A stretch of DNA of 64,000 bases from Planctomycetota bacterium. Its GTDB lineage: Bacteria > Planctomycetota > B15-G4. Positions within the stretch are counted from its first letter, which is position 1. Every line of letters begins with the position of its first letter. This document shows, one piece after another, positions 51,511-62,058 of this stretch. A model generated the notes under the pieces. That model saw only the letters and a program-made list of their open reading frames with translations, was not told the DNA's origin and searched no databases. The stretch spans positions 513,794 to 577,793 of the forward strand of contig BQJR01000004.1 of the NCBI GenBank assembly GCA_021604805.1, read 5' to 3'. The position numbers and the translations under genes were made by a program.

Positions 51511-52860
51511 GTGACTGCTAAGCTGTCGCGACCCAATGACAGGAGAGCAGCTTTGCGTATCCCCCTCTTGCTGAGCTTGGCCCTCGGCCTCGCAGTCAGC
51601 GACGCTTCGAGCGCGCAGGAAGCGCCCGTGGCCTTCACCGGCGCGCGCCTCATCCCGATCGCGGGGCCTGAGATCGCCGACGGCGTGCTCGTGATCCACA
51701 ACGGCCGGATCACCGCGCTGGGCGGCGCCGACACGCCGATCCCGCTGGACGCCACCAGCGTGGACGCGAGCGGTCGCGTGATCATGCCCGGCCTCGTCGA
51801 CACACACAGCCACGTGGGCGAGCCCTGGGGCGGCGATGCCAGCGGCCCGCTGCACCCCGCCGTGCGCGTGATCGACAGCCTCAACGTGCGTCACCCGTCG
51901 ATCCAGCGCGCGCAGGCGGGCGGCATCACGGTCGCGAACCTGATGCCCGGTTCAGGTCACTTGATGAGCGGGCAGACGGCCTACCTCAAGTTGCGCGACG
52001 GTCGCAGCCTCAACGACTTGCTGCTGCGCCACGAAGACGGCCGCGCCATGGGCGGCATGAAGATGGCCAACGGCACGAACAGTCAGCGCGACGCGCCTTT
52101 CCCCGGCACGCGCGGCAAGTCGGCCGCACTGGTGCGCGAGTTGTTCACCAAGGCGCAGGCCTACGCGGCCAAGAAAGAGCGCGCGGGCGACGACGTCGAG
52201 AAGCAACCCGAGCTCGACCTCGAGATGGAAGCGCTGCTCGAAGTGCTCGACGGCCGACGCGTGGTGCACCATCACACCCATCGCCACGACGACATCATGA
52301 CCGTGCTGCGCCTGGCCGATGAGTTCGGCTTCCGCGTGGTGCTGCAGCACGCCAGCGAAGCCTGGAAGGTCGCCGACGAGATCGCGGCGGCCGGCGTGCC
52401 CGCGTCGGTGATCCTGATCGACTCGCCGGGCGGCAAGCTCGAAGCCGCCGACATGAACTGGGCGACGGCGGGCGTGCTCGAGAAGGCCGGCGTGGACGTC
52501 GCCATGCACACCGACGACGCCATCCTCGACAGCCGCATCTTCCTGCGCTCGGCCGCGCTGGCGCACCGCGCAGGCATGTCGCGCGAAGGCGCGCTGGCCT
52601 CGGTCACGCTCGCCGGCGCCAAGATGCTCGAGCTCGACGACCGCCTCGGCTCGCTCGAAGTCGGCAAGGACGCCGACCTCGTGGTGCTCAGCGGCGACCC
52701 GCTCAGCACCTACACGCACGTCGAACAAACGTGGATCGACGGCGAGCAGGTGTTCGACCTGAGTCAGGAACAAGACCGGCTGTGGGCCACCGGCGGTTGG
52801 GGTGCCAGCGAAGGCTCGGGCCCGCCCCCACACATGTGCTGCTTCGGGAGGATCAAGTGA
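51511..52860 (+). CDS. Secreted amidohydrolase-family metallo-hydrolase
   Basis: 'VIMPGLVDTHSHVG' is the HxH metal motif; 'HHTHRHDDI' and 'VAMHTDD' were also seen. A signal-like N-terminus is present. The start is uncertain. Confidence 0.85.
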   Translation: MTAKLSRPNDRRAALRIPLLLSLALGLAVSDASSAQEAPVAFTGARLIPIAGPEIADGVLVIHNGRITALGGADTPIPLDATSVDASGRVIMPGLVDTHSHVGEPWGGDASGPLHPAVRVIDSLNVRHPSIQRAQAGGITVANLMPGSGHLMSGQTAYLKLRDGRSLNDLLLRHEDGRAMGGMKMANGTNSQRDAPFPGTRGKSAALVRELFTKAQAYAAKKERAGDDVEKQPELDLEMEALLEVLDGRRVVHHHTHRHDDIMTVLRLADEFGFRVVLQHASEAWKVADEIAAAGVPASVILIDSPGGKLEAADMNWATAGVLEKAGVDVAMHTDDAILDSRIFLRSAALAHRAGMSREGALASVTLAGAKMLELDDRLGSLEVGKDADLVVLSGDPLSTYTHVEQTWIDGEQVFDLSQEQDRLWATGGWGASEGSGPPPHMCCFGRIK

Positions 52861-54185
52861 TGACGACTTCACGGAACTCGGCGGCGCGCCTCGGCGCTCG
52901 CACGATCGCTGCACTTGGTGTGACCGCGCCACGCGGCGCTCGCACGGTCGCGGCCTTCCCCGCAGCCGCGCGTCTCGGCGCGTGCCTGGCGCTGCTCTTG
53001 CTCGCAGCGCGCGTGTCGTCGCAGGACATCGCCGTGCGCGGCGAGCTCGTGCACACCATGGCCGGCGATCCGATCGCGAACGGCGTGGTGGTCATTCGCG
53101 GCGGCAAGATCGCGGCGGTCGGCCCCGCGGCGTCGACACCGATTCCTGAAGGCTTCGAAGTGCTCAGCGCCTCCGTGGTCGTGCCCGGCTTGATCGACGC
53201 GCACGCCACCGTGGGCCTCACCGGTTGGCTCAACCAGGACGACGACCAGGATCACTTCGACGCCAGCGCCGCGCTGCAACCCGAACTGCGTGCGGTCGAC
53301 GCCTACAACGCGCGCGATCCGCTCGTGGGCTGGTTGGCGAGCTTGGGCGTGACCACGGTGCACACCGGTCACTCACCGTCGGCGGTGATCTCGGGCCAGA
53401 GCTTCATCGCGAAGACGCGCGGCGGCACCGTGGCCGATGCCGTGCTCGTGCCCGCGGCGATGGTCTGCGCCACGCTCGGCGAGCAAGCCGCGACGGGTGA
53501 GGGCAAAGCGCCCGGTTCGCGCAGTCGTGCGGCGGCGATGTTGCGTCAAGCGCTGCTCGACGCGCAGGCCTACGCCGACAAGCGCGGAAACGACGACGAG
53601 AGCAAGCGCCCCGACCGCAACCTGCGCCACGAAGCGATGGCGCGCGTGTTGTCCGGCGAGCTGCCGCTGCTCGTCACGGCGCACCATCACCAAGACATCT
53701 CGACCGCGCTGCGACTGGCCGAGGAGTTCGGCTTCCGGCTCGTGCTCGACGGCGCCGCCGAAGCGCACCAGTTGCTGCCCGAGATCAAGGCGGCGGGCGT
53801 GCCCGTGATCCCGCACCCGGCGATGGTGCGCGCTTGGGGAGCGACCTCACCCTTCGCGAACGCGTCGATGGAACTGCCGCACTTGTTGCTAGAGGCCGGC
53901 ATCCCGATGGCGCAGCAGAGCGGCTTCGAAGACTACGTGCCGAAGGTGCGCGTGGTCTTGCTCGAGGCCGCCGTGGCCGGACGCTGGGGTCTCACGTTCG
54001 AACAGAACCTGGCGTCGATCACGCGCGAAGCCGCTGAGTTGCTCGGCATCAGCGACAAGGTCGGCACGCTCGAAGTCGGCAAGCACGGCGACCTCGCGCT
54101 CTACGACGGCGACCCCTTCGAGTACGTCACGCACTGCGTGGGCACGGTGATCGAAGGCGAAGTCGTGAGTGACATCGTGCGCTGA
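52860..54185 (+). CDS. Secreted amidohydrolase-family metallo-hydrolase (paralogue of the upstream gene)
   Basis: 'VVVPGLIDAHATVG' and 'VTAHHHQDI'. The ATG at 52860 shares a base with the upstream stop (TGATG). Confidence 0.85.
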   Translation: MTTSRNSAARLGARTIAALGVTAPRGARTVAAFPAAARLGACLALLLLAARVSSQDIAVRGELVHTMAGDPIANGVVVIRGGKIAAVGPAASTPIPEGFEVLSASVVVPGLIDAHATVGLTGWLNQDDDQDHFDASAALQPELRAVDAYNARDPLVGWLASLGVTTVHTGHSPSAVISGQSFIAKTRGGTVADAVLVPAAMVCATLGEQAATGEGKAPGSRSRAAAMLRQALLDAQAYADKRGNDDESKRPDRNLRHEAMARVLSGELPLLVTAHHHQDISTALRLAEEFGFRLVLDGAAEAHQLLPEIKAAGVPVIPHPAMVRAWGATSPFANASMELPHLLLEAGIPMAQQSGFEDYVPKVRVVLLEAAVAGRWGLTFEQNLASITREAAELLGISDKVGTLEVGKHGDLALYDGDPFEYVTHCVGTVIEGEVVSDIVR

Positions 54186-54270
54186 GTTCACCGGCGCGAC
54201 GCCCTTGCGAGAGCGTGGTCAGCGAGTCACCCTGAGCACTTCGCCAATCCAGGCGCACAGGGGATCTGTC

Positions 54271-55032
54271 ATGAGCGACCAAACCGCCAACCTCGCAGTG
54301 TTCATCGACCTCGAGAACCTCGCCATCGGCGTGCGCGAGGACAAACTCGGCAAGTTCGACGTCGAAGTCGTGATGCGGCGCCTGGTCGAGAAGGGCAACA
54401 TCATCGTGCGCAAGGCCTACGCCGACTGGTCGCACTTCGAGGAGTACAAACGCCCGCTGCACGAGGCCGGCGTGGAACTCATCGACATGCCCGGCAGCAA
54501 GCTCACCGGCAAGAACAGCGCCGACATCAAGATGGTGGTCGACGCGCTGGAGATGGCCTTCACGCGTCAACACATCGACGTGTTCGCGCTCTGCACCGGC
54601 GACTCCGACTTCTCGCCGCTGGCCAGCAAGCTGCGCGAGAACGGCAAGCGCACCATCGGCATCGGCGTGAAGAAGAGCACGAGTCGCATCCTGAAAGACT
54701 CCTGCGACGAGTTCATCTACTACGACGACCTCGCCAAACCGCGCACCAAGAAACGCGGCGGCAAGATCTCGAAGCTCCCCCAGAAGACCCGCGAAGGTTT
54801 CGACCTGCTGCTCGACGCGGCGCGCGCGCTGCAACGCGAGAACAAGGACCTCAACAGCTCGCTCGTGAAGGACACGATGAAGCGCATGCAGCCGCAGTTC
54901 AACGAGGAGTACCACGGCTACAGCAGCTTCGGAAAGCTCCTCGAAGACGCGCAGGCTCACAAGCTGATCAGGCTGGGCACGAACCCGAAGAGCAAGACCT
55001 GGGTCATCGAGGAAGTGCTCGAAGACGGGTGA
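54271..55032 (+). CDS. NYN (LabA-like) ribonuclease-domain protein with C-terminal OST-HTH/LOTUS domain
   Basis: 'LAVFIDLENLAIG', 'GKNSADIKMVVDAL', 'ALCTGDSDFSPLASKLRENGKRTIGIG'. The C-terminal 'VKDTMKRMQPQFNEEYHGYSSFGKLLEDAQ' is LOTUS-like. Confidence 0.85.
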   Translation: MSDQTANLAVFIDLENLAIGVREDKLGKFDVEVVMRRLVEKGNIIVRKAYADWSHFEEYKRPLHEAGVELIDMPGSKLTGKNSADIKMVVDALEMAFTRQHIDVFALCTGDSDFSPLASKLRENGKRTIGIGVKKSTSRILKDSCDEFIYYDDLAKPRTKKRGGKISKLPQKTREGFDLLLDAARALQRENKDLNSSLVKDTMKRMQPQFNEEYHGYSSFGKLLEDAQAHKLIRLGTNPKSKTWVIEEVLEDG

Positions 55033-55210
55033 CTGCCGGACTGCGGCTGGCGCACTCGTCACGGGCCTCGGCCGGCGCTGCCTGGGGATGGGCGCTGCCG
55101 GACTGCGGCTGGCGCACTCGTCACGGGCCTCGGCCGGCGCTGCCTGGGGATGGGCGCTGCCGGACTGCGGCTGGCGCACTCGTCACGGGCCTCGGCCGGC
55201 GCTGCCTGGG
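55033..55210. repeat. Perfect 62-bp tandem repeat, 2.9 copies
   Basis: The unit is CTGCCGGACTGCGGCTGGCGCACTCGTCACGGGCCTCGGCCGGCGCTGCCTGGGGATGGGCG. It starts at 55033, 55095 and 55157, and the copies are identical where they overlap. The array starts immediately after the NYN gene stop. Confidence 0.9.
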
Positions 55211-55290
55211 AAGCGCTGCGAGAGGAATGGCTCGCCTGCGGCTCGAACATTCCTTCGCATCGCTTCCCGGCGCGCGCCGGAGTGGACGGG
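55033..55290 (-). repeat. Composite long-hairpin intergenic repeat, copy B (inverted relative to A)
   Basis: The hairpin arms are GGGAAGCGCTGCGAGAGGAATG (55208-55229) and CATTCCTTCGCATCGCTTCCC (55248-55268). The loop GCTCGCCTGCGGCTCGAA is the reverse complement of the copy A loop with 1 change. The ACTGCGGCTGGCGCACTC motif occurs 3 times within the 62-bp array. Confidence 0.85.
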
Positions 55291-55469
55291 GGGAACTGCA
55301 CCAGCCGGTTTCGGGGTCGCCTGAAGAAGAACGGTGTTTGCGCGTGAGGTACTCCGCCGCGTGACGGTTCATCGCCAGCGCTCATGTCCGTGTCGACTCA
55401 AACGGCAATGCGCGCTCCACGCCGCGACGGCGCAGCTCCCACCGCAAGCGGTTCGCCGCTCGCGATGCA

Positions 55470-55502
55470 CGGCTCACGGCTCGCAGTTCGCAGTTCGCTG
55501 TC
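55470..55502. repeat. Heptamer array (CGGCTCA CGGCTCG CAGTTCG CAGTTCG CTGTC)
   Basis: Read directly. It lies between repeat copies B and C. Confidence 0.6.
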
Positions 55503-55559
55503 TTTCCCCCGCGAGCAAGCACTGATCCCACCGAGTGTCGCAAGCGCCAGCACGCGTCT

Positions 55560-55749
55560 CGCAGCCGCAATCGCTGTCTGCTGTTTGCTGTTCCCGGCGC
55601 CACCGATTCCGTCACCGGCGGTGCGCGCCGGGGAACGCTGCGAAGGAATGTTCGAGCGAAGCGAGCCATTCCTCTCGCAGCGTTCCCCAGGCAGCACCGC
55701 CCGAGGCCCGCAACAAGTGCGCCAGCGCAGTTCAGCAGTTCAGCTGTTC
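55560..55749 (+). repeat. Composite long-hairpin intergenic repeat, copy C
   Basis: The arms are GGGGAACGCTGCGAAGGAATG (55630-55650) and CATTCCTCTCGCAGCGTTCCCC (55667-55688, one extra C). Then come AGGCAGCACCGCCCGAGGCCCG, AAGTGCGCCAGCGCAGTT and GCAGTTCA x2. The tail overlaps the last codons of the VOC gene. Confidence 0.8.
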
Positions 55750-56555
55750 GCCCCCGAGCAGTCCTTCCCACCAACCGCAACAGGATCATGCTGGAACAAA
55801 CAAACGTGCGCCCCCGTCGGGTCCGCGATCATCGTGAACTGTCCGACTTCGGGGATCGGCATCACCGGCACGACCGTCGTCGCACCGAGTTCCATCGCCT
55901 TCGCGAGCGACGCGTTCACGTCGATCACGTTCACGTAGTTCATCCAGTGCGGGGGCGCTTCGCCGGCTTCGGGCGGCAGTTGCATGCAGCCGCCGGTGTG
56001 CTTGTCGCCCTTCATCCACATGGTGTAAGTGCCCATCTCGCCCATGTCGGTGTCTTGGATCTCCCAGCCGAACAGCTTGGTGTAGAAGGCTTTGGCGCCG
56101 GCTGTGTCGGTGGTCATCAGCTCGGTCCAGCAGAAGGCGTGGTTGTCCATGTCGCCGAGCGGCGTGCCGCAGCGCTTGCCTTCCTGGAAGGCTGAGAGCG
56201 CGGCGCCTTGCGGGTCGGCGAACACGACCATGCGGCCCACGTCGGGGATGTCCATCGGCGGCATGAGCACCTTGCCGCCGAGCTCGGTGACCTTGGCGGC
56301 GGTGGCGTCGACATCGGCGGAACGCACGTAGGGCATCCAGTGCGACGGCACACCTTCGAACATCGGGCCGGACATGCCGTAGAGGCCGCCCACGTCTTTA
56401 CCGTCGAGTTTGAGTTCGTGGTACGTGCCGTGCTCACCCATGTCCTTCGGTTCGGATGTCCAACCGAAGAGCGCGCCGTAGAACGCGAGCGCCGCGTCGG
56501 CATCGGTGGTGGCGAGCTCGAACCAGCAGAAGCGTCCGGGTTCAGCGTTGGTCAT
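55740..56555 (-). CDS. Two-domain VOC (glyoxalase/bleomycin-resistance/dioxygenase) family protein
   Basis: Internal duplication: 'FCWFELATTDADAALAFYGALFGW' and 'FCWTELMTTDTAGAKAFYTKLFGW'. 'HWMPYV' and 'HWMNYV' were also seen. Confidence 0.85.
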   Translation of the reverse strand: MTNAEPGRFCWFELATTDADAALAFYGALFGWTSEPKDMGEHGTYHELKLDGKDVGGLYGMSGPMFEGVPSHWMPYVRSADVDATAAKVTELGGKVLMPPMDIPDVGRMVVFADPQGAALSAFQEGKRCGTPLGDMDNHAFCWTELMTTDTAGAKAFYTKLFGWEIQDTDMGEMGTYTMWMKGDKHTGGCMQLPPEAGEAPPHWMNYVNVIDVNASLAKAMELGATTVVPVMPIPEVGQFTMIADPTGAHVCLFQHDPVAVGGKDCSGANS

Positions 56556-56827
56556 GGGGTCTCTCCGAGAAACGGCGCGCGCCTGCGGCCGGTGTCGTGA
56601 CGTGAAGGATCGAGCGCGACAGGAAACGCGCGCGAGCGCGGCGAGTCTACACCGCAGTCATCACAGCGTGGGCGCGCAGCCTGACGCAAGCAGCGCGGCG
56701 CCGCCAGGAACTGTCGCATTCCTTCAAGCGGGGTCCTGTGACCACAAGAGTTGACGCGCAGTCGGCGACCATTGCGCGCGCCAAGGCGTGTTGCGCGCGT
56801 TGGCGGACGGCACCGTGCACGCGTGAC

Positions 56828-56867
56828 ACTGCGGAACTGCGGCACTGCGGCACCGCGACACCGCGAA
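56828..56867. repeat. Octamer array ACTGCGGA ACTGCGGC ACTGCGGC ACCGCGAC ACCGCGAA
   Basis: Read directly, just downstream of the acs stop. It shares the ACTGCGGC string with the motif of repeat copies B and D. Confidence 0.6.
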
Positions 56868-56901
56868 ACGGTGGCGGCATGGCAGCGCCACACACCGCGA
56901 C

Positions 56902-58842
<1,941 letters not shown>

Positions 58843-58931
58843 CTCGCGCTCTCCTGCGGGGGACATCGGGCTGAGGAGAATACCAAGCTCGCGCGCCCTG
58901 GTAGGATCGCCCGCCTCTCGAGGAGACCACC

Positions 58932-59894
58932 ATGTTCCGCATCGTGCTGCCCTGCGCCTTGCTCGCTTCACTGTTCCTGTTGCCGGCCGCGTCGCCGAGC
59001 AGGCAAGACCCCACACAGGTCGAGCTGCAAGTCGTGGAACTCACCGACAAGCTCTCAGTGATCATGGGCATGGGCGGCAACATCGGCGTGTATCACGGCA
59101 GCGACGGCGTGCTCATGGTCGACGACCAGTTCGCCAGCCTGAGCGATCGCATCCTGGCCAAGCTCGCCACGATCAGCGACGGCGACTTGCGCTTCCTGGT
59201 CAACACGCACTGGCACTGGGACCACTCCGAAGGCAACGAGAACATGGCCGCCGCGGGCGCGCTCATCGTGGCGCACGAGAACGTGCGCGCGCGCATGAGC
59301 GTCGACCAGGTGATGCCGGCCTTCAATCGCACCGTGGAAGCCTCGCCCGAGAGCGCGCTTCCGGTGATCACCTACGCCGACGGCCTCAGCTTCCACTGGA
59401 ACGGTGGACGCGTGAACTTGAAGCACATGGGAGCCGGCCACACCGACGGCGACTCGATCGTGCACTTCGTCGACGAGAACGTGCTGCACACGGGCGACCT
59501 GTTCTTCCACGGCATGCTGCCCTTCATCGACCTCGGCAGCGGCGGCAGCGTCGACGGCATGATCGACGGCGTGCGCAGCGCACTCGCACTCGCAAACGAC
59601 GACACCCAGATCATCCCGGGCCACGGCCCCGTGGCGAGCAAAGCCGACCTGCAGACCTATCTCGACATGCTCGTCGACGTGCGCACGCGCCTCAACTCGA
59701 ACCTCGAAGCGGGCTTCACCGTGGAAGAGTTGGTGGCCTTCAAGCTGCTCAAGCATCTCGAGGCCGACTACGGCGGCGGCTTCATGAGTGTCGACCAGTT
59801 CACCGGCATCGCGGCCTCGAGCTTGCTGCGCGCGATGAACGCGCGCGAGGCTGGCGACGCCGCACTGAGCGACACCGACAGCGAGCAGGGCTGA
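58932..59894 (+). CDS. Secreted MBL-fold metallo-hydrolase
   Basis: The signal peptide is [21 protein letters not shown]. '[13 protein letters not shown]' is the HxHxDH motif; 'GAGHTDGDS' was also seen. Confidence 0.85.
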   Translation: MFRIVLPCALLASLFLLPAASPSRQDPTQVELQVVELTDKLSVIMGMGGNIGVYHGSDGVLMVDDQFASLSDRILAKLATISDGDLRFLVNTHWHWDHSEGNENMAAAGALIVAHENVRARMSVDQVMPAFNRTVEASPESALPVITYADGLSFHWNGGRVNLKHMGAGHTDGDSIVHFVDENVLHTGDLFFHGMLPFIDLGSGGSVDGMIDGVRSALALANDDTQIIPGHGPVASKADLQTYLDMLVDVRTRLNSNLEAGFTVEELVAFKLLKHLEADYGGGFMSVDQFTGIAASSLLRAMNAREAGDAALSDTDSEQG

Positions 59895-59935
59895 ACGTAG
59901 CGGGGAGCGTTGCGCGCGAAGCAAGCGGCAACGTC

Positions 59936-60613
59936 TCAGCGTTCCGCGACCAGCAGCCAGCGGCCATCGCGCGGCGTGTCGAGCGCGGCGCAACGCCAAC
60001 CGGCGCGCGCCAACTCGTGCTGCACGAAGTCCGCGTGCGGCCACAACCAATCGTAGGGCGCGCCGACCGAGCCGTCGTACTCGAGGTGCTGGCGTGAGAC
60101 GCCGCAATCGGCCTCGTCCGGGGGACCGCGCCCGTCGACGATCCAGCGCCCGCCCGGGCGCAGCACACGCGCGGCGTCTTCCGCGAGCCAAGCCAGACCT
60201 TCGACGTCGCCGGCGAGTCCGATGCCGTGCATGAGCAGCAGCAAACTGTCGCAGCAGGCGTCGGGCGCTTCGGCGAGTGAGCCGAGCTGCACGTCCTGCA
60301 CGCCGCGTGCGCGCATCACGCTGACCGCGTGGCTGTCGACGTCGTAGGCGCGCACGCGCAGGCCGCGCGCCTGCAACGCGAGCGCGTGGCAACCGGCGCC
60401 CGCGCCCAGGTCGAGCACGTCACCGCGAGCGGCTTGCAGCGCACTGTGCTCCCAGTCGTCGAAGTCGGCGGGCTCCCGGAAGAAGTGCGCCGCGTCGAGC
60501 CTTTCCACGTCGCCACCGTGAACGTGCACCTCGATCGGCCCCGCGGACGCACCGCGCCACTCGTCACGCAACGCACGCCCTTGCGGTTCCCACGGCGCGA
60601 GCTGGCCGGTCAT
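59936..60613 (-). CDS. Class I SAM-dependent methyltransferase
   Basis: 'VLDLGAGAGCHALALQARG' (motif I) and 'LRPGGRWIV'. Confidence 0.8.
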   Translation of the reverse strand: MTGQLAPWEPQGRALRDEWRGASAGPIEVHVHGGDVERLDAAHFFREPADFDDWEHSALQAARGDVLDLGAGAGCHALALQARGLRVRAYDVDSHAVSVMRARGVQDVQLGSLAEAPDACCDSLLLLMHGIGLAGDVEGLAWLAEDAARVLRPGGRWIVDGRGPPDEADCGVSRQHLEYDGSVGAPYDWLWPHADFVQHELARAGWRCAALDTPRDGRWLLVAER

Positions 60614-60837
60614 CGCGTCGGCGCCCTCATTGTTCCCGCGTGTGGTGCGCGAGCGTCGAGTCGACCAGGTCGCAGGCGCCCCGCGAGTCCTCGTGCTTCA
60701 CAAAGGCCATGTTGTGGTCCCCCGTGGGTCGGAATCGTGAGGCTGTGAGTCTAGCGACTCCACTGGCGTGAACGATCTCGCTGGAAGCCGAGGGCTACAG
60801 CTGCGCATCCTGTCGGCCCTTCGAGCATGGAGTCCGC

Positions 60838-61716
60838 GTGACGCGCCCCGCTGCCATCCTTCCTCCCGCACCGATCGAGCGCCGTAGGTGGGCGGAGCGC
60901 GCAGACAGCCCCTCGCGTGCCGCCCGCTCGACACCGGCGCTCCGCCGCGCGACGTCGAGTCACATCGCGCTGGGAGCGGTGGCGGCATGCGCGCTCGTGC
61001 TCGACGCCTGCAGCGGGTTGCCGCCGCGCGCCACCGCGCAACGTTCGAGTTTCGCCACCGACTCGGTCACGACACGGGCGGGCACGGTCGAACTCGAACT
61101 CGGCGGCGGGCTGGGTCCTCGCAGCGACCGCGATCTCGTCACGGCCGTGAAGTACGGGCTCGACGACTTCACCGAGGTCTACGTCTGCGGAAGCCCGTAC
61201 CTACGCGCGCGCGTGAGCGGCGAAACACTCCGCGGCCGCAGCGCCACCGACCTGGGCTGGCGTCACCGCTTCTACGAGAGCGAAGACATGGCCGCGGGCG
61301 TGCAAGCGATCGCGCGCATCGCACACGGCAGTGAACACGAGGGGCTCGCCGGCCGCGAGAACGACTACTTCCTCGCGGGCATCCTCGACAGCTACGGCGA
61401 GCACATCGGCATCACGGCCTTCTACCAGCTCGGTTCACTCGGCGCGTCGGGCGAGCAGCGCGACACACAACACGCGCTCTCCGTGATCGCGGGCGCCGCG
61501 CTCAGCGAGCAGCTCGACGCCTTCACCGAGGTCTTCGGCGAGTTCACCCACGCGCGCAGCGCGAACCCCGTGGCCGCGCAGCTCGGCGTGGCTTGGAACC
61601 GCAGCGCAAACGTGATCTGGGACCTCGCGTTGCAGCGCGGGCTCAACGACGACGGCGGTCACACACGGGTGTTCTTTGGCGTGACTTGGAACTTGGGGGC
61701 GCTGAGCGACGGGTAG
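60838..61716 (+). CDS. Putative outer-membrane beta-barrel transporter (MetA-pathway/phenol-degradation-like family); start uncertain
   Basis: Alternating beta-strand-like pattern: 'GTVELELGGG', 'GWRHRFYES', 'FYQLGSL', 'AAQLGVAWN', and a C-terminal 'RVFFGVTWNLGAL'. The N-terminus has 'ALVLDACSG', which is lipobox-like. The family call is tentative. Confidence 0.55.
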   Translation: MTRPAAILPPAPIERRRWAERADSPSRAARSTPALRRATSSHIALGAVAACALVLDACSGLPPRATAQRSSFATDSVTTRAGTVELELGGGLGPRSDRDLVTAVKYGLDDFTEVYVCGSPYLRARVSGETLRGRSATDLGWRHRFYESEDMAAGVQAIARIAHGSEHEGLAGRENDYFLAGILDSYGEHIGITAFYQLGSLGASGEQRDTQHALSVIAGAALSEQLDAFTEVFGEFTHARSANPVAAQLGVAWNRSANVIWDLALQRGLNDDGGHTRVFFGVTWNLGALSDG

Positions 61717-62020
61717 GTGTCGTGCGCGAGGGGGCCTTGAACTGCGGCTGGCGCACTCAGGGAGGGCCTTGAACTGCGGCTGGCGCACTCGGGGAGGGCC
61801 TTGGCCGGCGCTGCCTGGGAAGTGTTGCGAGAGGAATGGCTCGCTGCGCTCGAACATTCCTTCGCAGCACTTCCCGGCGCGCGCCGTGGTGGCTCGCTCG
61901 CGGGGGCGACGGGGACAGCTGCTGCGGCTGTGACAGAAACGGCGACTGCAACGGCCACGGCAACGGCCACTGCAACGGCCACTGCAACGGCCACTTCAAC
62001 AGCAACTACAACTGCAGCTG
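61717..62020 (-). repeat. Composite long-hairpin intergenic repeat, copy D (inverted relative to A)
   Basis: A 32-bp tandem GGGCCTTGAACTGCGGCTGGCGCACTC[A/G]GGGA occurs 2.3 times (61732-61803). The hairpin arms are GGGAAGTGTTGCGAGAGGAATG (61817-61838) and CATTCCTTCGCAGCACTTCCC (61855-61875). A 12-mer/hexamer array (GGCCACTGCAAC)n spans 61941-62020. Confidence 0.85.
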
Positions 62021-62058
62021 GGGAGCGATTCTCTTGCGGCGCTCCTGCTGCTGCGCTG

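Noticed and set aside
55033-55210. 62-bp x3 array considered as a CRISPR array
   Set aside because: The units abut with no unique spacers between them. The unit is much longer than a CRISPR repeat, no cas genes are nearby, and the sequence is part of the hairpin repeat family.
60614-60837. 224-bp leader upstream of the porin-like gene inspected for a riboswitch (e.g. a cobalamin B12 box near 'GACTCCACTGGCG')
   Set aside because: I could not recognise a convincing match to any riboswitch consensus by eye. A covariance-model scan would be needed.
61659-61994. ORFs reading through the short-repeat arrays (e.g. 'MAVAVAVAVAV...' 61659..61994 -, 'TATATATATA' 61801..62538 +, 45497..45997 -, 45645..46424 +)
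   Set aside because: The periodic peptides are produced by hexamer/12-mer DNA repeats and by the palindromic element. Equivalent ORFs appear on both strands, and no start or RBS context is present.
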